In this document: positions 6,677 to 16,302 of the stretch, piece by piece
Layout of the letters: each line of letters starts with the position of its first letter
Position numbering within the stretch: the first letter of the stretch is position 1
DNA from: Candidatus Woesearchaeota archaeon
Lineage (GTDB): Archaea > Nanobdellota > Nanobdellia > Woesearchaeales > GW2011-AR15
Reading direction: 5' to 3'
Length of the DNA: 40,334 nt
NCBI GenBank assembly: GCA_014729915.1
Contig: WJJD01000155.1
Coordinates: forward strand, 1-40,334
The notes under the pieces: model-generated
Seen by the model: the letters and a program-made list of their open reading frames with translations, nothing else
Databases searched by the model: none
What the model was told of the DNA's origin: nothing
Position numbers and translations under genes: made by a program

Positions 6677-8705
6677 TGACTTGGTTGAAACATTATTACG
6701 AGAAGAAATTGATCAAAAAGATAATTTGGATAAGATAATTGAAGAATTAAATAATGGAAGGAAAAAATTAAAAGAATGGAATAAACCAGGGAATTCTCCA
6801 TTCAACGCTGATTTAGCTCCACTCAAAAAAAGTAGAATTATTGATGAATATATTTACGGTAGTCCTCTTTGCTTAATTATAGAACTATTCTATGAAAATT
6901 CAATAGGAACTGTAAATAGAGATATTAACAACAGAGAAGGATTTGAGTTATTTAGTGCAATTATAAATAACATTTCAATATTTAAATCTTATTTAGAAAA
7001 CTTTTATTCTGAAAAAGATAAAGAGCTTTTTATAGCTCTGATTCCAAAAATTTTAAGGTATGGAATTTCACTTGATAACTTCTCAGAGTTTTACAGGGAA
7101 TTTACAAATACTTATGATCTCCAGAAGATTACAACTAAAGAACAGCTTAATGAAAAATTTGCAGAAAATCTTGAAAAAAGATTCGGTTATAAACCAAAAA
7201 GCCTTGATTTTGATTCAATGTTAAGACTGCTTTGTTATAGGACAGTTAAAGATGAATATGATAAATCTCCTCAAAAAGTAAGGCTTCCTTTAATTGATGA
7301 AAAAATAGCAATTGCAGAATTAATGAAAAGACATGATCAGAATAAGAATAAAAAATACAATGCAGGTTCCGGGATTCTGGGAGAAGAAGATATTGACATG
7401 AGGTTAAGAACTAATGATCTTGGAGCATTTTCTGAATTCAATCAGTTATATTGGTTATTACAAAAAAAAAGTACATCCAAGTTCATTCCTCAAATTGCAG
7501 TGGCTTATCAATTAGATTCAAAAATCCCAGAAAGATTTGAAGATCTTTTCAAAGAGAATGGTATTCTTACTAACAGAAACTATACAAATATATTACAAAA
7601 ATATGAAGGAGGAATTAATCTTCTGAATTATCAAAAATTTGTTAAAGACATGACTAATTTAATTAATGGAATATTATCCAGAAACCCTAAAATCCAAAAG
7701 GATCTTTTGATGGAATTCAGAACACATCTTGAAACCCTGGCTTATGGGGTTAAATTCGGAACAAATATCCAAAAAATACAGGTTGATACTGGATATAATT
7801 TTGTAGAAAACATTACAGATCTTACAAGAGCTTGTTTTTCTCCTTCACAAGAACCTGATGATAAATTAAAAAGAGAATTTTCTCTATTATATGAGCTAGA
7901 TCCTGATGTAAATATTATCGGGATGTATGGTTATCCTAAAGGAAAAAGAGGACCTCAATTAGCAAAGGCAATAACTTTTATTCGAGACCATGTTTATTAT
8001 AAACAAGGAAAAGAAAAAAGAGAAAAAGCATTAGTTGTTGATGGACTTATTGCATCAGAATTTTTAGAATATCTTCCCGAGGGAATTGACTGGAGAGAAA
8101 TCATGTATAATTCAATAATGAAACATGCAGACAATATAGGAGCAAAAAAGGTTCTTTTAAATCTTGAAAACAGCGGATCACAAAGAAGTGTTAATATGTT
8201 TAAACAATATGTTGTTGAAAGAGCACTTGAACAAAAAGTTATTCAAAAGGAAGATATAAAATGTAAAAATGGTGGAAGACAAGGTCCAAAAATAACTATA
8301 AGAAAACAAAATATTAAACGAATCGGGAGTTCAGTTGAAATTGATTCCGGAAAGAGTTTTGATTATACACATAGGGTGGATTATTGCTTATCAAGAGATA
8401 GTAATTCTGCACCTGAAAAAACTGCAGGAATAGATTCTTCCGGCTTTTATTATGGTCAGCAGTACTTTGATTCTTTGTTTGGATGGAATTTATTTGTTTT
8501 GAAAAACAGGGAAAATATTGAAAAACAGAGTGAACAAAAAGGAATTACTGAACTTACAAGAGAATATGTTGCTGATCTTTTAGATTATGAAAAAAGAGAA
8601 ACACAAGAACAAGGCAGAGGAATTCATCATAAAGATAGGATGATAAGACCGGAATGGAATTTAGGTATCGGTTACATGAATGCAATTGAATTTAAACTTG
8701 AGTAA
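6669..8705 (+). CDS. Hypothetical 678-aa cytoplasmic protein
   Basis: Long ORF with SD-like GAGGTAGG upstream. Helical N-half and alpha/beta C-half. No family recognised. Confidence 0.8.
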   Translation: MSNDLVETLLREEIDQKDNLDKIIEELNNGRKKLKEWNKPGNSPFNADLAPLKKSRIIDEYIYGSPLCLIIELFYENSIGTVNRDINNREGFELFSAIINNISIFKSYLENFYSEKDKELFIALIPKILRYGISLDNFSEFYREFTNTYDLQKITTKEQLNEKFAENLEKRFGYKPKSLDFDSMLRLLCYRTVKDEYDKSPQKVRLPLIDEKIAIAELMKRHDQNKNKKYNAGSGILGEEDIDMRLRTNDLGAFSEFNQLYWLLQKKSTSKFIPQIAVAYQLDSKIPERFEDLFKENGILTNRNYTNILQKYEGGINLLNYQKFVKDMTNLINGILSRNPKIQKDLLMEFRTHLETLAYGVKFGTNIQKIQVDTGYNFVENITDLTRACFSPSQEPDDKLKREFSLLYELDPDVNIIGMYGYPKGKRGPQLAKAITFIRDHVYYKQGKEKREKALVVDGLIASEFLEYLPEGIDWREIMYNSIMKHADNIGAKKVLLNLENSGSQRSVNMFKQYVVERALEQKVIQKEDIKCKNGGRQGPKITIRKQNIKRIGSSVEIDSGKSFDYTHRVDYCLSRDSNSAPEKTAGIDSSGFYYGQQYFDSLFGWNLFVLKNRENIEKQSEQKGITELTREYVADLLDYEKRETQEQGRGIHHKDRMIRPEWNLGIGYMNAIEFKLE

Positions 8706-9729
8706 GATTAATATCAAATTTATACTGGTTAAAAACAACCAATGAGTCACAGGTTATTATTTCTTCAGAGAATTTTGTCCTAATACTATTTAATATATTG
8801 TAAAAATGAGCATTATTTTTAGAAAAAACACTAATCTGGTAGTTCCAATCACCTTTAAATTTCATATACCAGGGAACACATCTTAAAGTTTTCATATAGC
8901 TTAAAAATTTTTTTTCATCAATATTTTTAATTTTAAAAAGAATCTTATGCCATTGAAATCCAAGAAAACTCAGGGAAATCATTGGAATGAATCCTTTGAT
9001 TATTTTACTTTTTGTTAATTTTTTTAATCTATTTTCAACAGCTGTTCTGGAGTAATTTATTTTATCTCCGATTTCTTTTATATTAATCCTAGCATTATGC
9101 TGCAGGATTTCAAGTATTTTTAAGTCAGTTTCATCAAAACCTGATTCAGAAATTTCTACATTTAACTCCTTATAAAAAGATGATTTGTTAATCCGGTAAT
9201 TTTGTTTTTTAAAAGAATCTTTTCTGTCTACTAATAATTTCAATCCAAGATATTTTTCTTTTTCAATTGAGAGAACAACATAATCATGTATTAGGTCTCC
9301 ATAAGTTTTCATTAATTTATTAAAGATATTTTCAAATTCATCATTATTTTTATGTGTAATAAAGACTCTTAGATCCCATCTTCCCCCGCATGCCTGGACA
9401 CGATTTATTTCTTTTATTTTCACAAGTTCCTCAATTACATTATTGAAATTATCAAATTTTCTTATTTTTATACATAGAAGGGTTATTTTTAAGTTGATTT
9501 TGTTAGAGTCAATAATTGTAAAAAAACCATTTAAAATCTTTTTTTGTTTTAAGTTTTCAATCCTGTAATAAACAACTTCTCTGCTGACATTCAATTTCTT
9601 GCCTATATATGATAAAGAAAATCTTGAATTTATACTTAAAAGATATAATATTTCTTTATCAAGATTATCTAGTTTTTCTCTTTGAGGAAGATCATAAATT
9701 TGTCCTACAAAAGATTTTTTTTCCTGCAT
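8692..9729 (-). CDS. Lrp/AsnC-family regulator with two tandem HTH + RAM units
   Basis: Two HTH starts (LDNLDKEILYLLSINSRFSLSYIGKKL...VYYRIENL and FDETDLKILEILQHNARINIKEIGDKI...VENRLKKL), each followed by a GxW(D/N) RAM domain. Confidence 0.9.
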   Translation of the reverse strand: MQEKKSFVGQIYDLPQREKLDNLDKEILYLLSINSRFSLSYIGKKLNVSREVVYYRIENLKQKKILNGFFTIIDSNKINLKITLLCIKIRKFDNFNNVIEELVKIKEINRVQACGGRWDLRVFITHKNNDEFENIFNKLMKTYGDLIHDYVVLSIEKEKYLGLKLLVDRKDSFKKQNYRINKSSFYKELNVEISESGFDETDLKILEILQHNARINIKEIGDKINYSRTAVENRLKKLTKSKIIKGFIPMISLSFLGFQWHKILFKIKNIDEKKFLSYMKTLRCVPWYMKFKGDWNYQISVFSKNNAHFYNILNSIRTKFSEEIITCDSLVVFNQYKFDINLTQV

Positions 9730-9860
9730 ATTTTTATATTTTTACTAATTTATATATAAATTTTATTGTTTTGATAAAAAATTTAATAAAAATATTTATA
9801 TATTAAATATTAGTTCTTGTAATTACTTTAAAATGATAAAAAATTGAAAGGTGATAATAA

Positions 9861-11084
9861 ATGTCAACTCAAGAAGAATTCAATAGTTTTTCACAACAGG
9901 TTAATTCATTAGAACAAGTAATTAGAAAAGCAAAAGGAGATTTTTTTAAACAAGAAGATAGGGTTTTAGAAGCTTGTCTTCAGGCTATTAAATCTGATTA
10001 TAAAGAAACTCAAAGTTTAAAAACAAATACACAGTTTCCTGATTCAAGTGAACTTCATTATCGTTTTTATCAAAGAATTAAGGAACATTTGTTAAATTAT
10101 ACTCAAGAAAAACAAAATATTATTTCTTTATTGCATTGGTATAAGCAAGAAGGAGGAGTAGTTCCAAATTTTGATGCTTCAGATAATTCACAATTATCAT
10201 ACGTAATTGGTAATGCAATAGCTCATTCTGTGTTTAATTCGTCAGATAGATCTTCTCTTGAATTTAATCCTTTTGATGTTCTCGAGAAAAGAGTCGGCAA
10301 TTTATCAGGAGAAAAAACAGGCTTTGCACAAGACATAGATAAAAAGGCATTCTGGAAAGGATTTTGCCAGAGAATATTTGGAATAAATGAAATCCAAACA
10401 AGAATATATGATTCTATAAAACAAGATCTATCTGAAGATGAAATAACAGAACAGGAAATAAAAGAATTATTATCATTTAACCCGGAAATAAGCCAGGATA
10501 CAATTTCAAGGGCATTAAGTGTTCATTTTGGAGACAGTTTTAATAGTCTAACAAGGAATAATTCTGGTTACAAATTAAGTTTATCATTAAAAAAATGCTC
10601 TAGTTCAAGTTATGAAGAATTACCAGATATTTGTCTTGATTTAGATCAGGAATATTGTATTTCAAGCGGAATAGAAGTATCTTATAAAAGAACTTTTAAA
10701 AGAAGTAAAAAACAAGACAGGCTTGATTTAATACAACAGATATTTAATCAATTATGTATGCCCGGACAAATTATTGATAAGCAGGAAGAGGTTAGATATG
10801 CGGCAGATCTGGTAGTTGATTCAAATGAAAATAGATTTTATCTTAATCAGGATTTTAAAAAATCAGGTTCTCTTGATACTGAAAAAATAACAGAATTTGC
10901 ACAAGATAAAATATATGATCCTGACAATACTTTCGAAAGTATATATGTATCTCAAGCTGGAGGAGAAGACAAGTTTATTGAAATTAAACAGCCTTTTGGA
11001 AGAAAAACAGTAGAATTAATTCTTAATTACAGACTAAGAAAAGGACAGAAACTTGACCTTTATTCAATGCATGCTAATGTTTAA
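9861..11084 (+). CDS. Hypothetical 407-aa protein divergent from the Lrp regulator
   Basis: Long ORF with SD AGGTGA upstream. No motif recognised. Confidence 0.75.
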   Translation: MSTQEEFNSFSQQVNSLEQVIRKAKGDFFKQEDRVLEACLQAIKSDYKETQSLKTNTQFPDSSELHYRFYQRIKEHLLNYTQEKQNIISLLHWYKQEGGVVPNFDASDNSQLSYVIGNAIAHSVFNSSDRSSLEFNPFDVLEKRVGNLSGEKTGFAQDIDKKAFWKGFCQRIFGINEIQTRIYDSIKQDLSEDEITEQEIKELLSFNPEISQDTISRALSVHFGDSFNSLTRNNSGYKLSLSLKKCSSSSYEELPDICLDLDQEYCISSGIEVSYKRTFKRSKKQDRLDLIQQIFNQLCMPGQIIDKQEEVRYAADLVVDSNENRFYLNQDFKKSGSLDTEKITEFAQDKIYDPDNTFESIYVSQAGGEDKFIEIKQPFGRKTVELILNYRLRKGQKLDLYSMHANV

Positions 11085-12020
11085 TTAAAAAACACAAAGA
11101 AGATAAAAAAAAGAATTCAAAAATTACCAAATCACAACCCAAAAACCAGAAAAGTAAAAGAAGGAAAGATTTACTATATTCCTTTAGTTTTTTCAAGCCT
11201 GGATTCTTTTGTGGAATTATATAAAACACATGGATTCCATTATATGGATACGATATTACAGAGGAATTGTAAAATAACACCTTATTTTGATGCTTCAATT
11301 CCTGTTGAGACTGCAATTAATTCTGGAAAAATAAATCAACTTACAGAAGAATGGAAGGGAGATAGTTATTTAGAAATATTTTATGATCCAAAAAATTCGG
11401 ATTTATCTGTTAATTTTATTTATCTTATTGAAGAAAAAAATGGACAAAATATCATTCATGATATCTCAGGAACTATTACTTATTCATATCCTGAACGAAT
11501 ATGGGATCAAAAGTATATAGATAGGGTAATTAGCTTAATGGAAAAAATAAAAGAAAAATCTGGTAAAAAACTGAAGATAGGTTACGGCTCAATTATATTT
11601 CAGGAAGGTCGTGACCCTATATTTAGTGCTTATTAGCAGGATCATAATCCAAGCTTTGAAAGGACTATAATAGCTGCACCTTTTAGTTTAACTTCTCTAA
11701 GGGATTTAAAACAAAAACCATTATATACTGAAGGAGAAGCTATTAGGTTTACTGGACCTGATAATAGTTTATATGAAGTTAGCCAAGGAGATATTTCTGA
11801 TGTAACAGCAAAAATATTAACCCGGGAAGCAGAAATAGCAATGCAGGGATATGGCTATGATATGATTGTTTATCTATCTCAACAAGGAGAAAATATCTCT
11901 CCTTATCATATGATAGTTGTCCCATCAGATAATCCAAAGTTTGTGTGTTCTGTTGGAATTAATTCTGGAAGTTTAGAACCAACTCCCAAAATTAAATATC
12001 ACAGGATTCAAATGGAATAA
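11085..12020 (+). pseudogene. Disrupted CDS of about 310 codons (in-frame TAG at 11634-11636)
   Basis: The frame is open at 11085-11633 and again at 11637-12017 (127 codons) to TAA 12018-12020. A plausible ATG at 11077 is out of frame by 1 nt. Confidence 0.6.
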
Positions 12021-12085
12021 AATTGAAAAAATTTGATGATATTGGAACAAATCATACATTTCATATAATAAAAAAAGGAAAAAAA

Positions 12086-12190
12086 TCAAATCCCGAACAA
12101 TTTCCCAAATTCTTTTATCTTAATTATTTTTGTTTTCTCAAATATTTTTTCTTTTAAAAAATTTCTATTTTCTGTAACAAGATAAGTTTT
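12086..12190 (-). pseudogene. Possible 3' remnant of a PIN-domain gene
   Basis: KTYLVTENRNFLKEKIFEKTKIIKIKEFGKLFGI* resembles the (Y)LVT-NxHF...EF C-terminus of PIN proteins. No start codon. Confidence 0.3.
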
Positions 12191-12354
12191 TCAAAGGAAG
12201 TCTCCCAATCCGGAACGACTTTTTCTGCTAAAAGCAAAGGAATTACTTCCAGATTATCCTGTTATTCCCTCCGAGAGAACAGAACTTCTCTCTGCAAAAA
12301 TATCAAGAAGAATGTTGTATAAAAATTTTTTATTTTTAATTAATTAAATACAAA

Positions 12355-13452
12355 TCAAGGAAGCCAGGTTTTCGGATTCTTAAGTTTTTCAGGGAGATAA
12401 TCGCTCATGACAAAATTCAGGCCGTGTTTTGCAAGTGCCTGCTGCTCAGCTCTTTTCTTTATCTTTGCCATCTCAATTAAAGCTTTCTGCCACTGCTTGA
12501 AATGCTTGACAAAAGGATCGTTTTTTACTCCATCTTTTATCCTTTTTATATCTCTATCTTTTAATGGATGTGTAGGAAGATCATAGTTTTTAATGTCTCT
12601 TGTTGTGATTCCTATAAGTTTTGCCTGAGGCACACAAAAATACTGGTTGATATGAGCTGCATTTCCTGAGCCTACTTTTAATGTCCTGTAGATATTTAAA
12701 AATCCATACGGATCAGCATCAACAAAAGCAAAAACTGGAATCTTCATCTCATCACTCAGCCTTCTTACAAATCTCCTGCATGCCCTTGTAGGTACTCCTC
12801 CCATTGAAACCAGCACACAGCTTGCTTTCTTATAATAGCCGTGCTTAACTAATCTTTGAAACATACCTGCTGACTCAATGACAAGAACAAATTTTGCTTT
12901 TGTCTCAAACTTAAGGTGCTCAACTGAAATCGGGACAGAATAAGCTCCTGAGCCGAACTTTGTGCAGTCAATCTTTATCTCTTTTCCTGTATTCGGATCA
13001 ATATCAATGACCTTAAGCTCTCCTGCAACATCTCCTCCTTTTTCCTCAGGGATGAACCCAAGCTGCTCCCTGTTTACTCGACACATTGCCTCAACATCAT
13101 CCATGACCCTGTCTGATTCATTCTGTTCATCAAACCTTGCATCCTCCCAGTTCTTTGAGACATAATAGATCTCCCTTTTGGTTGCTATATCATCTGTCTC
13201 AACCAGCTCTTTTGATACATCCATCATCCTCAATGTCTGGGCAAATTTTTTAACAGTTGAAGCTGTCAATGTCCTTATTTTTTCTCTATCCTGGATTTCA
13301 AAGTATCCCTTATCAGGATCATAATCTACATTAGAAAGAGATCTTATTGGAAGAGCTAATTTAGGCTTTTTCTTATGCAAAACACTATCATATATATTGT
13401 CAGCTATATCTTTTATTTTTTCTACAACCTGGGCATCCTGTTCAGTTTTCAT
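12355..13452 (-). CDS. top6A: DNA topoisomerase VI subunit A
   Basis: TKREIYY catalytic Tyr, FDEQNESD, and TOPRIM motifs VLVIES and FVDADPYG. ATGA overlap with top6B. Confidence 0.97.
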   Translation of the reverse strand: MKTEQDAQVVEKIKDIADNIYDSVLHKKKPKLALPIRSLSNVDYDPDKGYFEIQDREKIRTLTASTVKKFAQTLRMMDVSKELVETDDIATKREIYYVSKNWEDARFDEQNESDRVMDDVEAMCRVNREQLGFIPEEKGGDVAGELKVIDIDPNTGKEIKIDCTKFGSGAYSVPISVEHLKFETKAKFVLVIESAGMFQRLVKHGYYKKASCVLVSMGGVPTRACRRFVRRLSDEMKIPVFAFVDADPYGFLNIYRTLKVGSGNAAHINQYFCVPQAKLIGITTRDIKNYDLPTHPLKDRDIKRIKDGVKNDPFVKHFKQWQKALIEMAKIKKRAEQQALAKHGLNFVMSDYLPEKLKNPKTWLP

Positions 13453-15083
13453 TTTTTCTTAATCTTAAAATCTTCTCCGTTCAGTCTTTTATCATTACTT
13501 ATTGCATCTTTTATTTCAGGAAGTTTCATTGACCTGGATTTTTCAAGAACTGCCCTTAGATATTCTTCAAGCCTGTCCTTCTGAGAATCATCCAAATCCA
13601 GTATATTTTTTAATGCAATGCTTACATGAGGCAGATACTTAGAAATATAGTCAATTTTTTTAAGTTCTCTTTTTATCCTTTTTTTCTTTGCAAGATATCT
13701 TCCAAGATCCCGTCCGCATTCCTGTAAAGCAAGTTTGATCTCTTTTATTATTTCAGGATAATGGGCAATTGCTTCTTTTGCTTCAGATGTAAAGGGAACC
13801 CATGTTGAAGCCATATGCACTAAAATTACACATGGTCCTGTCGGATAGCTGTTTCTTGACTGTCTTAATTTATAATTTCTCCAATTCGTCTTTATCACAG
13901 ATTCTGAAATTGCACAAGCACCTTTCTGGTAAAGCAAAGGGACGCGGTTTGCAAAACGCATTATCTGTACAGAATCATCTGCAGAAAGATCGCCGCCGTA
14001 TGCTATTGCAGCCTCTATTATAAATGGGTTTCCCCTGTATACTGAAGGATCGCGGGTTGTTGAAGTATAAAATTCTGCCTGTATCTCTTTTTTTATGCCT
14101 TTTAATATAAGATCATGGCCTATTGGTGAGATACAGTCTGTCTGGGGATTCATGATTTTTGTCTTCTTGATTCCCTTTATCAGTTTTTCAGCCATATCCC
14201 TGGAAATTTTTCTTGGTTTTGTTTTAGGAAGAAGAGTAGAGTTTTTACAGATTTTTTTTGCTGTTCCTCTGCCGACCCTTGAAAATTCATTCATCAGAAA
14301 CGACTGTAATGTCTTGTGTTTTGTTGCCTGAAGCATCTTAATTAATATACCCAATTCAACCCCATAAGGATGCGGCATTATCTCTTTTGCTTCCTCAGGC
14401 TTTTTTTCTGTTGCCCTGGGGTAAATTGTCTGTTCTGCTTTTGGATTAGTATAGATTATTGTTGCATGAGGATTTATAATTGCAGTATCTTTTATATACT
14501 CATCAACTGACTGGGAACCTCTCATGTATGATCCTTCAAGATCAATTTCAATTCTTGTGCCGTGCTCTTTTTCCCACTCTCTTTCTTCCTGTTTTAAAAT
14601 CTTTGGCTTATTTTTTTTTGTGTCAAGCTTTAATTCAGTATAAACCGCCTTATGATCTCTTCCGATTTTTGAAATTATCTTTGCAGGTCTTCCTGTTGTA
14701 AGCTGTCCGTACATGACACTTGCAGAAATTCCGATTCCTTGTTGTCCGCGGGCCTGCTTTAAGACATGGAATTTGCTTCCGTAAAGCAATCTTGCAAAGA
14801 TATGGGGAATCTGTTTTTTTACAATTCCGGGTCCGTTATCTTCAACACAGATCCGGAACCTGTCATCACCAAAATCAATTATCTCAATATGAAGTTCAGG
14901 CAGAATATTTGCTTCTTCACATGCATCGAGCGCATTGTCAACTGCCTCTTTTACAGTTGTTAAAAGTGCTTTTTTTGTATTATCAAACCCTAGAAGATGC
15001 CTATTTTTTTCAAAGAATTCCGCTACACTGATCGCTTTCTGTCTTTTTGCTAATTCAAATGCAATCGGTTTTGAATTTCCCAC
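13449..15083 (-). CDS. top6B: DNA topoisomerase VI subunit B
   Basis: SVAEFFEKN, GHKL motifs KEAVDNALDA / EDNGPG / YGSKF / RGQQGIG, RFANRVPLLY and VPFTSEAKEA. Confidence 0.97.
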   Translation of the reverse strand: MGNSKPIAFELAKRQKAISVAEFFEKNRHLLGFDNTKKALLTTVKEAVDNALDACEEANILPELHIEIIDFGDDRFRICVEDNGPGIVKKQIPHIFARLLYGSKFHVLKQARGQQGIGISASVMYGQLTTGRPAKIISKIGRDHKAVYTELKLDTKKNKPKILKQEEREWEKEHGTRIEIDLEGSYMRGSQSVDEYIKDTAIINPHATIIYTNPKAEQTIYPRATEKKPEEAKEIMPHPYGVELGILIKMLQATKHKTLQSFLMNEFSRVGRGTAKKICKNSTLLPKTKPRKISRDMAEKLIKGIKKTKIMNPQTDCISPIGHDLILKGIKKEIQAEFYTSTTRDPSVYRGNPFIIEAAIAYGGDLSADDSVQIMRFANRVPLLYQKGACAISESVIKTNWRNYKLRQSRNSYPTGPCVILVHMASTWVPFTSEAKEAIAHYPEIIKEIKLALQECGRDLGRYLAKKKRIKRELKKIDYISKYLPHVSIALKNILDLDDSQKDRLEEYLRAVLEKSRSMKLPEIKDAISNDKRLNGEDFKIKKK

Positions 15084-15171
15084 TCTTTTTTTCCCTCTTT
15101 AAATTTAAGATTTTTAAAAAGTTCACTCTTTATAAAACTTTTTGATAACTGGAATATATATATTTGATTCT

Positions 15172-15933
15172 CTAAAGAAATAATAAGGTAATAACTCCAA
15201 GAATAAGACAATATATAGAAAAGTAAGAGAACCTGTTTTTTTCAATTATCTTCATAAGAAGAGACAAAGACAAGTATCCTGTAGTAACTGCAGTAAACAT
15301 TCCGATAATAACAATATTGAAATTATCAAGTTGTAAGATTTCAGTGATCTTTAATAGATTTGCTCCGACAATTGCAGGAATTGCTAAAAGAAAAGATAAC
15401 CTTGCAGCTTTTTTTCTATTGATTCCAAGTATCATCGCACCTGAGATAGTTGAACCTGATCTTGATATCCCGGGAAAAATAGCTATTGCCTGAAAAAATC
15501 CGATAACAAGAGAATTTTTAAGAGAAATGTTTTCTGATTTTTTTATTGGATAGCGTGAAAAAAAAAGTAAAATTGAAGTTATAATTAGAGAAATTCCGAC
15601 AGAAAGTGTACTGTCAAACATTTCTTTTAGTGTATTATTTAATAAAAACCCAGTAACTGCAATAGGCACAGAAGCAATTCCCAGATAGAGAGTATAGTTA
15701 ATTGATTCTTTTTTTTTATTTAAAACCCCTGTTATTAATTCAAACAATTCTTTCCTGAAATAAAACAGGATTACAAAAAAGCTGGCTAAATGGAGAAAAA
15801 CATTGAATCCGACTGAATTATCCAGCTGCAAAAATTCTGATGCAAGGACAAGATGGCCTGATGAACTTATGGGAAGCCACTCAGTAATTCCCTGGATTAT
15901 TCCCAATATTATTGCCTGTCTTAAAGTAACCAT
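15172..15933 (-). CDS. uppP: Undecaprenyl-diphosphate phosphatase (BacA/UppP family)
   Basis: GIIQGITEWLPISSSGHL and PGISRSGSTI motifs; polytopic membrane protein. Confidence 0.95.
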   Translation of the reverse strand: MVTLRQAIILGIIQGITEWLPISSSGHLVLASEFLQLDNSVGFNVFLHLASFFVILFYFRKELFELITGVLNKKKESINYTLYLGIASVPIAVTGFLLNNTLKEMFDSTLSVGISLIITSILLFFSRYPIKKSENISLKNSLVIGFFQAIAIFPGISRSGSTISGAMILGINRKKAARLSFLLAIPAIVGANLLKITEILQLDNFNIVIIGMFTAVTTGYLSLSLLMKIIEKNRFSYFSIYCLILGVITLLFL

Positions 15934-15974
15934 GTAAAATAAAATGACCTAAAGGTATTAATAATTACCGTTTG

Positions 15975-16166
15975 TGTAAAAATGCTCGCAACAACCCACC
16001 GTTCACAAAACCGTGGCAGCAAAAATTAATAATTTTCAGGGTAAACTTTCAACATTTTTGCAACTTCTGGTCTTTTATATATTTCTTAACTAGAAAAATC
16101 TTTCGCTCTTCTGACATAATTCAAAAGCTGCCACTGTTTCTTGAACAGTGGAGAGTTTTGAATTAT
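15975..16166. repeat. REPIN-like element: two inverted palindromic units about 105 bp apart
   Basis: 15996-16020 (CCACCGTTCACAAAACCGTGGCAGC) matches the reverse complement of 16127-16151 (CCACTGTTCAAGAAACAGTGGCAGC) at 21/25. Each unit is itself a CCAC...GTGG hairpin. Both ends recur at 19352-19405. Confidence 0.7.
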
Positions 16167-16208
16167 AGAAAATAAAAACAAGAACCATTTTTAAAGAAAT
16201 ACATATTA

Positions 16209-16292
16209 CATGTTTTTAAAGACGGGCCAAAACCTACCGGAAAAAGATACTGCATTAATTCATTAAGCCTGAACTTTGAGAAAAATGCTTAG
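16209..16292 (+). pseudogene. msrB: 3' remnant of methionine-R-sulfoxide reductase
   Basis: [23 protein letters not shown] is the MsrB catalytic C-terminal signature. In-frame TAA at 16173-16175 upstream and no start codon. Confidence 0.85.
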
Positions 16293-16302
16293 TAAAAAAC
16301 TT

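Noticed and set aside
11634-11636. Pyrrolysine or genome-wide amber recoding
   Set aside because: TAG terminates uppP and the msrB stub at expected positions, and no pyl genes are in the window. A nonsense mutation is simpler.
2147-12350. Island integrated at the tRNA-Arg 3' end
   Set aside because: The accessory genes lie on the 5' side of the tRNA, and no att duplication or integrase was found.
12191-12350. Startless open frame KSPNPERLFLLKAKELLPDYPVIPSERTELL...
   Set aside because: Looks like coding debris, but no family is recognisable.
15172-15933. UppP as evidence of peptidoglycan synthesis or bacterial contamination
   Set aside because: BacA-family phosphatases also occur in archaea for lipid-carrier recycling, and the flanking genes are archaeal.
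15972-16175. 67-aa ORF upstream of rpl1
   Set aside because: It coincides with the REPIN-like repeat and has no protein motif; it is not rpl11.
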